IMG/VR virus record: IMGVR_UViG_3300046740_000358
Span: 11,173 to 75,172 of that record
Length of the DNA: 64,000 bases
From: a virus
Reading direction: 5' to 3' (one strand)
Below, in pieces: positions 46,203 to 55,841 of the stretch. The notes under the pieces were generated by a model that saw nothing but the letters and a program-made list of their open reading frames with translations, ran no database searches and was not told the DNA's origin. The first letter of the stretch is position 1; each line of letters starts with the position of its first letter. Both the position numbers and the translations under genes were made by a program.

Positions 46203-49019
46203 CTACGTGGCCTGTGGGTCGGGCTTCACAACGATGATAGACGCATGCCCCCCCGGGAACCTAGCGGCGGCATGACCGCGCGGGAAGACGGCGCCGGCGT
46301 GACGGCGAAGGTGGGCGATGGTATCGGGCAGGATCCAGAGCGCGCCCGCCGCAGCGAAGGACTTGACGATGACGGTCGCAGTGCCGGTGATGAAGGTCGA
46401 CCCGCTGACCCCGCTGGCGGTCACAGCGAAGGGGGCGAGCGCGGCGGCGACCTGGGCGACGTAGGTCTCGAGGCCAGAGCCAGCAGCACCAGCGGGCGGG
46501 ATAGCGGCAGATCCGCTCCCCGTGATGGTCTCAGTGCCGGCGCCAGCGGCGGCGGGGGAGCGCGCGGCCGCGCTGCCCGAACCCGAGAACGTCTGGACCG
46601 CGGCGGCCAAGGCAGCGAAGGAGGCCAAGGCGGCGGCTCCCGTGCCGGTGATCCCGTTGACCGCCGATCCCGTTGCGGTGGCGGCGAAGGGTTGCTCAGC
46701 GGCCGACCCCGTCCCGGTGAACGTCTCGCCCCCAGAACTCGCGGCGGCGAAGGCTTGGAGCGCGGCCACTAGCGCCCCCGTGAAGGTCTCCGCGCCCGAA
46801 CCTGCAGCCGCGAACGGGGACACCGCCGCGCTGCCGGCGCCGATGATGCCCCCGGTGGTGCCAGCGCCGCTGGCGGCGAATGCCTGGAGGGCGGCGGCCA
46901 CCGTGGCGGTGAACGTCTCCAGGGCGGCGGCAGACGCCCCGAACGGCGCCAAGGCGGCCGAGGCGGTGGCTGTGAAGGTCTCCGCCCCAGTGGCGCTCGA
47001 GGCGAAGGGCGAGGCCGCTGCCGAGGCGGTGCCGCTGATCCCGCTTCCGCTGACCCCGGTGGCCGCCGCCGCGAATGCCTGGACCGCCGCGACAGCCGCC
47101 GCCGTGAAGGTCTCGAGCGCGGCGGCCGCTGCACCGAAGGGCTGGGTGGCGGCGCTGGCCGTCCCCGTGAACGTCTGCGCGCCCGAGCTCGCGCCCGCGA
47201 AGGGCTGCTCAGCCGCGGATCCAGATCCGCTGTAGGTCTCGGCTCCCGCTCCCGCCGCGCCGAACGGAGCCTCGGCCGCCGATGCCGTGGCAGTGTACAG
47301 TTCCGTCCCGATGGCTGCAGCGGCGAAGGGGGACTCGGCCCCACTTCCGCTCCCAGAGAATGTCTCGGCGCCGGCGCCGCTCCCAGCGAACGGGGCCTCA
47401 GCCGCCGCGCCCGATCCGGCGAAGGTCTCGGCGCCAGCGCCGGCCGCGCCGAATGGCGACACCGCAGCCGAGGCGGTGCCCCAGATCGCAGATACCAAGC
47501 CAGACCCACTTGCAGAAAACGGCGAGACCGCCGCCGCCGCAGTCGAGGTGAACGTCTCCGCGCCAGCGCCAGCCACGGCCACGGGTGGGAGCGCCGCCGA
47601 CCCGGTGCCGCTGTAGGTCTCGGTGCCAGATCCCGATCCCCCAAAGGGGGACGCAGCGGCGGCTCCCGTGCCGGTGAAGCCGCTCGTGCCCTTGCGAACG
47701 CGAACCAATAGCCCAGGGCCGCGGAGGTTCGTCGATGTTCCGCCGATCGTGGCCGTCATCGTGACGGCGGTGCTGCCAGACGCGGCGGTGACGGTCGCGA
47801 CGGCCGCCAGCCCGCCGATGTCGTTGCCCGTGGCGATCTTGAAGTCGGCGATCTCGGAGACGGTCCCCGTCGTCAGTCCCGTGCCCGTGAACGCCTCGGC
47901 AGACGCCCCGCTGGCGATGTCCGTCGGAGAGCACATCAGCCCGATCAGGACGTCCGCCGCCGCGACGTCCACCGCCCCGAACGTCAGCGACACGTTGCCA
48001 GCGCTCGTGTCCTCGGCGTCGGACGTCGCGAAGTCGTAGGTGCCGTTGTTGGATCTGACCTGGATGAAGAACGCCCACGCGACGTTGTTAGTGCCGGTCG
48101 TGATCGTCAGCGTTCCGGACTCGCTCCCCGTGACCGTGTCCTTTTTGTAGAGGTATAGATTGGTGTTGCCAGTGTCAGCGCCGAGGGTCGCGCCGTAGCC
48201 TCCGGCCGCGAGCTTCGACGCCAGCAGGGTGAACCCGGCCGGCGTGGTGACGGTCCCCCCGTTCGCTGTCGACGGCTTCTGACCGACAACCAGCAGCAGG
48301 CCGTCGTCGGCTGTGAGAGACGGGTACGTCGGCGTGGGGTTCGTCGCGCTGTTGGCCACGGCGCTGATGGCGATGTACTCGATGTCACCGGGAACTGGCA
48401 GCCGCACCAAGTGCGCCTGCATCTTGACGGTGCCCGTCGTGTAGGTCGGGGTGACGCTGAACGTCCCCATCGCCCCCGCTGACAGGTTCTCCTTGGTGGC
48501 GACTGCGATGTTCGCCCAGTCTCGGTGAACGTCGGCGCGCTCCGTTGCGCTGTTCGTCCAGGACGCAAAACTGGTGTTCGAGCCGACGTTCTCGTCCGCC
48601 ATCATCACGGCAATGGCGATGTCGTCTCCGGCGACTGCGGTCACGTTGTTGGTCGGCGTCCCGGTCGCCCCGCTAGCTACGCTGGCGCCCGCCTTGAAGT
48701 CGACGACCCAGGCCCCCTGAGTGCGTCCGCTCCACGCGGTGGCAATCCAAGCGTGCTCCCAAGTGCCGCCGTTGAATGGGAATGACCACGGGGCGCTAGC
48801 GACCTCAGCCGCGTTTTTCTGGAACGTGTAAAGCGTCTGCCCGCCGACGGAGTCGGTGTCCTGGCGCAGGAGCGTGAACCCAGACGGCGCGGCGACGGTG
48901 TTGTCGACGTTCACCATCATCTGGACCAAGATCCTATCCCCCGCCGACGCGCCGGCAGGCGCCGACACGGACGCGGCCGTTCCCACCCCGGTCCCAGATG
49001 ATGCGCCTACGTACGCCAT
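46203..49019 (-). CDS. 938-aa fibre-like virion protein: two beta-rich N-terminal domains plus about 21 repeats of about 21 aa
   Basis: APSGFTLL/TPAGFTLL domains, then repeats such as AETFTGTASAAxxPFAAxGxG. Confidence 0.75.
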   Translation of the reverse strand: MAYVGASSGTGVGTAASVSAPAGASAGDRILVQMMVNVDNTVAAPSGFTLLRQDTDSVGGQTLYTFQKNAAEVASAPWSFPFNGGTWEHAWIATAWSGRTQGAWVVDFKAGASVASGATGTPTNNVTAVAGDDIAIAVMMADENVGSNTSFASWTNSATERADVHRDWANIAVATKENLSAGAMGTFSVTPTYTTGTVKMQAHLVRLPVPGDIEYIAISAVANSATNPTPTYPSLTADDGLLLVVGQKPSTANGGTVTTPAGFTLLASKLAAGGYGATLGADTGNTNLYLYKKDTVTGSESGTLTITTGTNNVAWAFFIQVRSNNGTYDFATSDAEDTSAGNVSLTFGAVDVAAADVLIGLMCSPTDIASGASAEAFTGTGLTTGTVSEIADFKIATGNDIGGLAAVATVTAASGSTAVTMTATIGGTSTNLRGPGLLVRVRKGTSGFTGTGAAAASPFGGSGSGTETYSGTGSAALPPVAVAGAGAETFTSTAAAAVSPFSASGSGLVSAIWGTASAAVSPFGAAGAGAETFAGSGAAAEAPFAGSGAGAETFSGSGSGAESPFAAAAIGTELYTATASAAEAPFGAAGAGAETYSGSGSAAEQPFAGASSGAQTFTGTASAATQPFGAAAAALETFTAAAVAAVQAFAAAATGVSGSGISGTASAAASPFASSATGAETFTATASAALAPFGASAAALETFTATVAAALQAFAASGAGTTGGIIGAGSAAVSPFAAAGSGAETFTGALVAALQAFAAASSGGETFTGTGSAAEQPFAATATGSAVNGITGTGAAALASFAALAAAVQTFSGSGSAAARSPAAAGAGTETITGSGSAAIPPAGAAGSGLETYVAQVAAALAPFAVTASGVSGSTFITGTATVIVKSFAAAGALWILPDTIAHLRRHAGAVFPRGHAAARFPGGHASIIVVKPDPQAT

Positions 49020-49045
49020 CTAAAGCGCGGCCTCCGCGCCGCGAG

Positions 49046-49339
49046 TTACTTGGCCTTAGGGGTGACGGTGCCAACCGCGCTGACGGCAGGACCTGCCACG
49101 CCGGCCGTGCCGGTGTTGTCGCCAGTGGCGACCGTGCCGGGGCGCTCCGGGAACACGGGCAGCGTCGACTCGTCTGTGATGAACTCGGCTTCGTGGATCA
49201 TCACCCAGCCCTCACGTCCGTGCATGCGCTCGCACTCGGCCTTGATGGGCGCCTGCTGCGCCTCCGTGGGAGGGGAGCGGAACGCATGGGAGGTCACGAT
49301 CCCCGCCTTCTGATGCCGAACAAAGTAGACCTTCGCCAT
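49046..49339 (-). CDS. small protein of displaced structural module
   Basis: AAGGAG RBS; 97 aa. Confidence 0.6.
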   Translation of the reverse strand: MAKVYFVRHQKAGIVTSHAFRSPPTEAQQAPIKAECERMHGREGWVMIHEAEFITDESTLPVFPERPGTVATGDNTGTAGVAGPAVSAVGTVTPKAK

Positions 49340-49348
49340 GGGGACTCC

Positions 49349-49759
49349 TTACGCGGCCTGAGTGATCGACAGGGAGGTGACGGCGACCGCAGCGCCGGCC
49401 GAGATGGCTACGCTGTTCAGGTTCAGGTTCGCGCCCGACGTCCCGACGCTGCCGTCCAAGACCGCGTCTCCGCGGGTGCCTCCCGACTTCACCAGCGAGA
49501 ACCAAGTGGCGGTCCCGGCGGCGTTCGCGCTCGAGTCGGAGGTGATGGCGTTGGCGGCCTTGGCCCCGGCGGACGCAGCGGCGAACGCCGTGGCGTTCAG
49601 GGTGAGTTCGGCCAGCAGGACCTGGGCGCCCAGGGCGGTATCCGCGTCCGTTGGCTGGGTGCCGTCATAGATCCGAAGGAACCCACCGTTGAGCGGGTCG
49701 AAGCCGGCGTTAAGGGCGAGGTTTCGCGATGCCGCCGCGGTCTTCGGGTTGAGCGCCAT
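49349..49759 (-). CDS. small beta-rich virion fibre/decoration subunit
   Basis: LRIYDGTQP..LLAELTL..GTATWF..DGSVGTSGANLNL, a motif set I recall from phage structural proteins. Confidence 0.7.
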   Translation of the reverse strand: MALNPKTAAASRNLALNAGFDPLNGGFLRIYDGTQPTDADTALGAQVLLAELTLNATAFAAASAGAKAANAITSDSSANAAGTATWFSLVKSGGTRGDAVLDGSVGTSGANLNLNSVAISAGAAVAVTSLSITQAA

Positions 49760-49766
49760 GCCAGCA

Positions 49767-49796
49767 AGGATAGGGCCGGGGGCTCGGACCCCTCAA
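49767..49796 (-). promoter_or_regulatory. putative late promoter TTGAGG-N18-TATCCT-N7-ATG
   Basis: Matches the head-operon promoter at 30247-30276. Confidence 0.55.
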
Positions 49797-49831
49797 CAAC
49801 GGGGCCGAGACTTGCGTACGTACCAGCATGG

Positions 49832-50445
49832 TCAGGTCATCAAGATCGGCTCGAACCAGTGCCGGATGTTCCCAGTCTTGCCGGTGGCCTCTTCGGCTCC
49901 TGGCATCCCGAAGGCCGTCAGGACACGCGCGCACTCCGTATCATCAGGTGGCCGCCCGCGCTTCTCGATAGCCAGCCACCAATAGATGGCGTCCGCCTTC
50001 TCTGGCGAGGTCTCCTTGCCCAGACGCGACACGACCACAAGCCCGCCATACGACCACGCTTCCGAGTCCGCTGGCGCCGGCAGTCGGGTCCAGTGCGATG
50101 GCGGGCGGCGTGGCCGCCGCGGGTCCGCTGGCGGGTGGTGCGACGCCCGGAACATCCGCTCGGCGAGCTTCTCCACGGCCGCGCGCTCGGCGGCGGCGCC
50201 CTTGAATGGCTCGTCTTCGACTCGGTAGCGGCGCGTTTTTGTCTTCATATCGTCTGCTCGAGGCGCATGCAGTCTGGGCAAAACACCTTCGGGTAGTGGT
50301 CGACGTCCCAGCCGCCTGCTGCGGCGTTACCGATCAGGGCGTCGTCGTTTTCCCCGGGCTGGGAGACCTCGATCTCTTTGCACGGCTTGCCCGCGTCGTC
50401 GGTGCCGTCGCACCGCAGGACGCGGACCATCTCCAGCGTGATCAC
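49832..50445 (-). other. two small ORFs (49832-50248; 50245-50445 with CD..C / FCPDC Zn-finger)
   Basis: Coupled junctions. Confidence 0.55.
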
Positions 50446-51326
50446 TTCGACTCCCCCATGGCCGCGCGCAGTTCGCGGACGTAGGGCTCATAGACGACTC
50501 GGATCGTCTCCTCAGCCAGCGCGTATTCTGGGTTGGCGTACTGGGTGACCTCGCCGCCGGGGGACATGCGAAGGGACGAGAAGTGCCAGGCTACGAGTGT
50601 TCCACCGGCAACCGACGGTCCGTGCCGAGGTTCGTCCGGTCCGATCGCAGCCGCTTGGCTAGGCGCGAACTTCTTCGAGGTCCACGGCCCCGGGAACGCC
50701 CACGGGGGCAGGATGCTGGCCCCGCGAATAAGTGACAGCTCCTCCAGGAACTTCTGGTCCGCGAACTTCCCGTCTTCGGCGCGGAAGTAGCACCACGCGC
50801 GGGTCATGTCCGCCCAGCGACGGGCGATCTCCGCATCCCGCATGATGACCGACCCGCTGTTGTGGACGCCGTACAACTCGGCGTGGCTTTCGTGGGTGAT
50901 GCCGGGGAGGCCCTCGGCGGCGCACGCGAAGTAGTGGGGCATGAGGCCCATCGGCGCTTGGTGCAACTCAACTTGTTCGAACAGCGGCTCGGGCGAGGAG
51001 AAGAAATAGAGATCGGCGTCGAGTTGGCACACTGAATCGACAACGCCCCCGCGAAGTAGCAGCGCGGTCAGGTCGCCGCGCGCCGACCACATGCGCTCGT
51101 GCAGCGTCCGCGGCGGGCCCGGCAACTTACAGGTCATCCACGCCTCGGCGAGCTCGGGATGCGCCACCACGCCTCCCGCGTTCGGGCCCTCGGCCCAGGC
51201 CGTGACGTCGTCATCCCACGGCAGAACGTTGAGGGTGAACGGCGCGCAGTGCCGCACCATCGAGGCGTGCAGCACCTTCAGGCGTGGAATGAACGCGCGA
51301 TCGCAAACCGTGACGTAGTGTCTCAT
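50442..51326 (-). CDS. GT-A fold glycosyltransferase
   Basis: LHASM, QLDADLYFFSSP (DxD), HNSG, FADQKFLE and WHFS. Confidence 0.8.
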   Translation of the reverse strand: MRHYVTVCDRAFIPRLKVLHASMVRHCAPFTLNVLPWDDDVTAWAEGPNAGGVVAHPELAEAWMTCKLPGPPRTLHERMWSARGDLTALLLRGGVVDSVCQLDADLYFFSSPEPLFEQVELHQAPMGLMPHYFACAAEGLPGITHESHAELYGVHNSGSVIMRDAEIARRWADMTRAWCYFRAEDGKFADQKFLEELSLIRGASILPPWAFPGPWTSKKFAPSQAAAIGPDEPRHGPSVAGGTLVAWHFSSLRMSPGGEVTQYANPEYALAEETIRVVYEPYVRELRAAMGESK

Positions 51327-51694
51327 GTTGCCTTCCTAGGAACGGTCACCGCCCGTGCGGCGTCGAGGGCCGCGAGGATTGTTCCGATCGAACAGCCAGT
51401 CTCGTGGGCAGGCGCCGGTTCGAATGCGTGAAATACGACGCCACATTCGTAACACGCCGTTTCTTCGCGGTCGGAGATCCATTCCAGCCGGCGCAGCGCC
51501 GCCTCCATCTCCGGGGCGAGGCGGATCAACTCACCAGCCAGGGGCGACGCCAAGCGGACGTTCGGATCGTCGAAGTCGAACTCTCCGGAGATGACCTCGC
51601 GTCCATTCGCATCTTCGAGCCGCCAAGGCTTCCGAATGCCTCCCGAATCCGTCGTCATGGCCCACTGCCACGGCGCTGGGTGCTTGTCGCTCAT
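51323..51694 (-). CDS. hypothetical protein, paralogue of 3772..4272
   Basis: Shared HPAPW / LASPLA / IRLAPEMEAALR blocks. Confidence 0.7.
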   Translation of the reverse strand: MSDKHPAPWQWAMTTDSGGIRKPWRLEDANGREVISGEFDFDDPNVRLASPLAGELIRLAPEMEAALRRLEWISDREETACYECGVVFHAFEPAPAHETGCSIGTILAALDAARAVTVPRKAT

Positions 51695-51981
51695 CTGCCT
51701 TCCGCCCTTCTGTTGACCGCTTCGATTTCATCCCTTGGGTAGCCAAGCACCATCATCAACGTTGCGATCTGCACGTCGAGGCGCATCCGGATCAGGCGCC
51801 TCTCGTCGGCGTCGGGCTCCGTGGGAGTCAGCCACCCGTCCGGCTCAATCCAGCCGACGCGCGCCTCGTCCTGGATGTACAGCAGCGATTGCAGCAGTTC
51901 CTGGCTGGCCATCGTCCGCACGGGCCCCGGTGTGCTGATGGCTGCCGCGGCGATGACGCCGATGTCTTCCATCCGCGTCAC
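51691..51981 (-). CDS. hypothetical protein
   Basis: Coupled start and stop. Confidence 0.5.
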   Translation of the reverse strand: MTRMEDIGVIAAAAISTPGPVRTMASQELLQSLLYIQDEARVGWIEPDGWLTPTEPDADERRLIRMRLDVQIATLMMVLGYPRDEIEAVNRRAEGR

Positions 51982-52757
51982 CGCGACACCAACGTTCTTT
52001 CCGCCCAGTGGATAGGGCTGTCATCCTTGGACGACGCGAGCCACGCCGTTTCCTTTGCGATCGCCCCCAGCACCCCCGGGCCGTAGCCGCGGCCCGAGTA
52101 GATATTCTTGATGACGTTCGACGGCTGGCACTCCGAGGCGAAGGCTACCCGGTGGAACACGTCCCATGCTTGCCCATTCGGCGTGACGTGGATGCTCGGG
52201 CGGTCGACCCACATCGACAAGTGCAGCAGCATCGACCCGTTCACGTGCTGACCAGGGCCTGGGCGGTCCATCAGGCAGCCGGTCACGCGCTTGCCGTTGG
52301 CCAAGGCGCGATCGTGCTCGATCCTCAGCCGGTCAATCCAGTCGACCGACAGGGGGCACCCGTCGTGCTCGATCGTGAACACGGACGGGCGCCCGTGGCC
52401 AGCCTGCCATTGCTCGGCGAGCGTCCACACCGTCCCTGCCCACAGCGCGTTCGCTCCGTCGGGGTGGCTAGTGCGGGGCTCTTTGCCGACCTCATCCATG
52501 GGGTCCTTGATGGCCAGCGCCATCGTCGGGATCTTCTCTCGGCACCGCGCCAGCGTCGCCTGCAGGTCCGGCGAGTCTGGGCAGTCGGCCCGCCGGCACA
52601 GCGCCAGCGCGACATCGCATCGGGGTTTTGCCTCGATGTCCGCCAGCAGTCGCGCGAGCCGGAGGGCGAGCTCGGCGTCACCGCTCCAGTATTGAAGCGC
52701 GATCACGAAACCTTCCATTGGCGTGTCCACGTAGTTGCTCTCCATCGGTGCTGGCAT
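51978..52757 (-). CDS. putative glycosyltransferase-like protein
   Basis: HPDGAN, FTIEHDGCPL..DW (ExD), HVNG and AWDV. Confidence 0.5.
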   Translation of the reverse strand: MPAPMESNYVDTPMEGFVIALQYWSGDAELALRLARLLADIEAKPRCDVALALCRRADCPDSPDLQATLARCREKIPTMALAIKDPMDEVGKEPRTSHPDGANALWAGTVWTLAEQWQAGHGRPSVFTIEHDGCPLSVDWIDRLRIEHDRALANGKRVTGCLMDRPGPGQHVNGSMLLHLSMWVDRPSIHVTPNGQAWDVFHRVAFASECQPSNVIKNIYSGRGYGPGVLGAIAKETAWLASSKDDSPIHWAERTLVSR

Positions 52758-52887
52758 TCTTGGTTCTCTGCTCGCTCGAAGTGGGCGCCGAAGGACGCGT
52801 GCCCCGGCAAGGGCACGTACCTCTCACGAAATGAGACAAAATGAGCGATACGAGTGCGCCTTCGGCGCCCACTACGGGCGCAACTGT

Positions 52888-53523
52888 TCAGTCCGTCCAG
52901 AGCTTGTCGTCGTCTTCCTTGCGCCGCGCCTCGTGGTCCTCGCCGCCGTCCGCGGTCTCGGGGGCCTTCGCCGCGTCCTTCTTCTCCTTCGCCGTGGCGT
53001 CCGCCTTCACCTGGTTCTCGTCCTTCACGGACGCCAGCGCGGTCACGGTGCCGGGCTTCTTGGGCATCATCTTTTGCTTCTCTTCGGCGGTCATAGTCCT
53101 CGAGGCGAGGATCTCCTCAGTGTCGAGGCGCACCGTGTGGACGATATTCGCCGCGAAGACTCCGAACAGGCCGACCTTGTGCTCCTGGTCTTCGATGCCG
53201 CTCTCCATCGCCCGCATGAGTTGATCGAACTCTGCCTTGGACTTCTTGATCTTCGCGTTGATATTGTCGTCGAAATTCTTCTTCTCCATCTCCAAGCCGC
53301 CGATCTGTTTCCAGACCTTGTTGTGCTTGTCGACGCGCTCGTCCTTCTCCTTGGCCGACAACTTGACCGGGATCGACTTCAGGAACGTCTCCAGCGGCTT
53401 GACGTCCTTCCCCTTGGTGTTGAAGGTCTTCACGGCCTTGGCTGGCTTGGCGGGCTTCGCTGCGGCGGCCTTCGGATCTTTGGCGGGCTTGGCCTTCGTG
53501 GTGGTCGGCTTCTTTGATGACAT
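52888..53523 (-). CDS. Lys-rich coiled-coil phage protein, possibly DNA-binding
   Basis: Histone-like KPAK N-terminus; VRLDTEEIL..RTMTAEEKQ; GAAAGGA RBS. Confidence 0.7.
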   Translation of the reverse strand: MSSKKPTTTKAKPAKDPKAAAAKPAKPAKAVKTFNTKGKDVKPLETFLKSIPVKLSAKEKDERVDKHNKVWKQIGGLEMEKKNFDDNINAKIKKSKAEFDQLMRAMESGIEDQEHKVGLFGVFAANIVHTVRLDTEEILASRTMTAEEKQKMMPKKPGTVTALASVKDENQVKADATAKEKKDAAKAPETADGGEDHEARRKEDDDKLWTD

Positions 53524-53559
53524 GCGGGGCGGTTCCTTTCGGGGTCGGTTGGTTAGGGG

Positions 53560-55362
53560 TTACTCGGTGAACACGTCGGCGATCGTGACGTCTCCCCCGC
53601 TTGGTCCATGTATCAGGTCGAGCGTGCGCAGCCCAGAGAGGCCGTTGGCGAATGTCGAACTCGTGGCGCTGTATCCGGTAACGGCGGAAAGGGCCTCGCG
53701 CGAAATCGTTCGCGCCCCATAGATGCGCGCCAGCATCACGCCTTCGCAGCGGTTCAACTTCGGCACCCAATATTCCAAGAGGGCGTGGCCACGCGGTGGC
53801 GGCTCGGACCCCAGTCCCATCGACGTCGCACGCTCTTTCCCCGCGTCGGTAATTCGCCGCCGCCCGTTGTCGCCGTCCAGCAGGCCAGCCACGCGGAGTT
53901 CCGACAGAGCGTTCGCGAACGTCGAACTGGTCTTGCGGTACCCGGACAGCGCCGAGATCGTGGGGTCGGACGCCACACCGCGTGACGCCAGCACGCCGAG
54001 GATAGCGCGACCGGCCCGAGACAGTTGCGTCGCGCTGACGGCATCGGCGTGCATTTCCCTCTGGCCAGCAACCGTTCTTACGCTCGGGTTAAGTCCGTTG
54101 ACGTGGTCGGCGACGGACGGCGGCAATGTCACCGTGCGCGGCGCCGAGTCGCGAATCCCAAGCGCCACGCCCACCTCGGGGAACGCTCCGATGATGCCCA
54201 GTCCGTGCGCGCGCACGTCGATCACAAGCGCCATCAACTTGGCCAATTCCTCGTCGACCTGCTTCCGGATTGCGGCGAACCTCGGCCCGGCCTTTGCCAA
54301 TTCAACATCGAACAGCCGTCGGATCTCCTTGGGGCATCGGTATTCGATCCGCACCTCCGCCTTGGCTGGGTTCTTTACCATTCCAGCCGGAGGCGCCTTG
54401 GTAGCGCGCTCGAGTTCGGCGATCCGGGCCTTCAGCGCCTTGGGGTCGTTTGCCTTCGCGTCGGCCACCACCTGGGCCATCGACGATTCCAGCGCGGCCA
54501 AGTCCAGCGGCTTCGTGGTGACGGCTGCCCGGCTGGCCCCCGGTGTCGAGCTGGCGTCGTAGGTCGTCTTAGCCGCCAACGTGTGCATCCCGTAGACGTT
54601 GAAGACCGATGGGCTCCAGACGATGGCGGTCCCCATCTTCAGGCTGGGCAGTTCCCCTGCAACCTCGGTGCGGCCGGCGATGCCCTTCTGCTGGACCCAG
54701 TCCGCGATCGTCTTCCGCTCCTGGGGACCCAGCATCCGGAAGCCGAACACGTTCTCGGAGAGGTTCAGGACACCTTTGTTCAACTTCTGCGGGCGCAGCG
54801 ACAGCAGGATCAATCCGATGCCGAAGTTCCGGCCGACTGACGCGATGTCATCGAACGACCCGAGGCACCGGGCCATGTCGGGGGAGGCGTGCTGCACCAT
54901 CTGCGGGATCACGTCCTGTGCTTCCTCGAGGATGAGAGACACCGCCGAAGGCTTGCGCTTCTTTGCGTCGATGAACGCCTCGGCGAAGTCGGCGCAGAAC
55001 CGGATCCGCTCCCCCTTCCGCATCATCGAAATGTCCAGGACCGCCGATGACCCGCTCGCTGCCAGCGCCTCGGCCACCTGGCGCCCCGCCTGCGGGGACA
55101 GCGTGATGTCGCCGTGGGTACCGCCCAGGACGGGAATCTTGAAGCGGCTCGGCGTCTTCCCGTCCGGCTGCAGGCGCAGGCCGAACCACGGCCCCACCTG
55201 GTCAATGACGATCACGGGAATCCCGGCGTCCATCAATCCCTCGGCGATGACGCCGGCAGTGGTGCTCTTGCCGCTCCCGCGGATGCCCAGCAAGGCGGTT
55301 ACCGACGTGGCCAGCGCCAGCGCGTCGAGGTCGAGGCCCTTACCAACGTGAACCTTTTTCAT
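53560..55362 (-). CDS. HerA/FtsK-superfamily ATPase with two C-terminal wHTH-like repeats
   Basis: GIRGSGKST (Walker A), LILEEAQ (Walker B), GRNFGIG and RPQKLNK; SSTFAN twice. Confidence 0.85.
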   Translation of the reverse strand: MKKVHVGKGLDLDALALATSVTALLGIRGSGKSTTAGVIAEGLMDAGIPVIVIDQVGPWFGLRLQPDGKTPSRFKIPVLGGTHGDITLSPQAGRQVAEALAASGSSAVLDISMMRKGERIRFCADFAEAFIDAKKRKPSAVSLILEEAQDVIPQMVQHASPDMARCLGSFDDIASVGRNFGIGLILLSLRPQKLNKGVLNLSENVFGFRMLGPQERKTIADWVQQKGIAGRTEVAGELPSLKMGTAIVWSPSVFNVYGMHTLAAKTTYDASSTPGASRAAVTTKPLDLAALESSMAQVVADAKANDPKALKARIAELERATKAPPAGMVKNPAKAEVRIEYRCPKEIRRLFDVELAKAGPRFAAIRKQVDEELAKLMALVIDVRAHGLGIIGAFPEVGVALGIRDSAPRTVTLPPSVADHVNGLNPSVRTVAGQREMHADAVSATQLSRAGRAILGVLASRGVASDPTISALSGYRKTSSTFANALSELRVAGLLDGDNGRRRITDAGKERATSMGLGSEPPPRGHALLEYWVPKLNRCEGVMLARIYGARTISREALSAVTGYSATSSTFANGLSGLRTLDLIHGPSGGDVTIADVFTE

Positions 55363-55841
55363 TGTGCCTTTCGTCCCCCACGGACACGCCGCCCGGCTCG
55401 CTCAGGGAGGGAGTCTGGTTGAACCGGACGGCGTGCCTCAATGGCGGAATCTCTCCACTGCAGCCACCGCGCGAGCCTATCGCGCAGTGGGACAAACTTG
55501 TATTCGTCGTGGTACCGGCAGAGCGGCACGTCTTCTGGTCCGTGCGACGGCGATTCAGCGCACAGCCGACACGTCGTCAGGTGGCCCTTTTCGTTCCGCT
55601 CCTGCGCGTATCTGTCGCGTCGACTGAAGATCAGGCGCATGGCCGCCATCCGATAGGCCACCGCTCTCCCAACCACGAACCGCGCGCGCCGCTTTCTGGT
55701 CGCTAGGTACTCGGCGCCTGTCGCTTCGTCGTAATAGAAAACGTGCCCGTCGTACTCCCATTCGACGCGGTACTGGACGCGCACCACGCGGGTGATTCTG
55801 ACGCACGGACGGGTGCCCAGCGGTGCGATCGGATTGTTCAT
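55359..55841 (-). CDS. hypothetical protein
   Basis: ATGA coupled; CRLC..CRYH. Confidence 0.5.
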   Translation of the reverse strand: MNNPIAPLGTRPCVRITRVVRVQYRVEWEYDGHVFYYDEATGAEYLATRKRRARFVVGRAVAYRMAAMRLIFSRRDRYAQERNEKGHLTTCRLCAESPSHGPEDVPLCRYHDEYKFVPLRDRLARWLQWRDSAIEARRPVQPDSLPERAGRRVRGGRKAQ

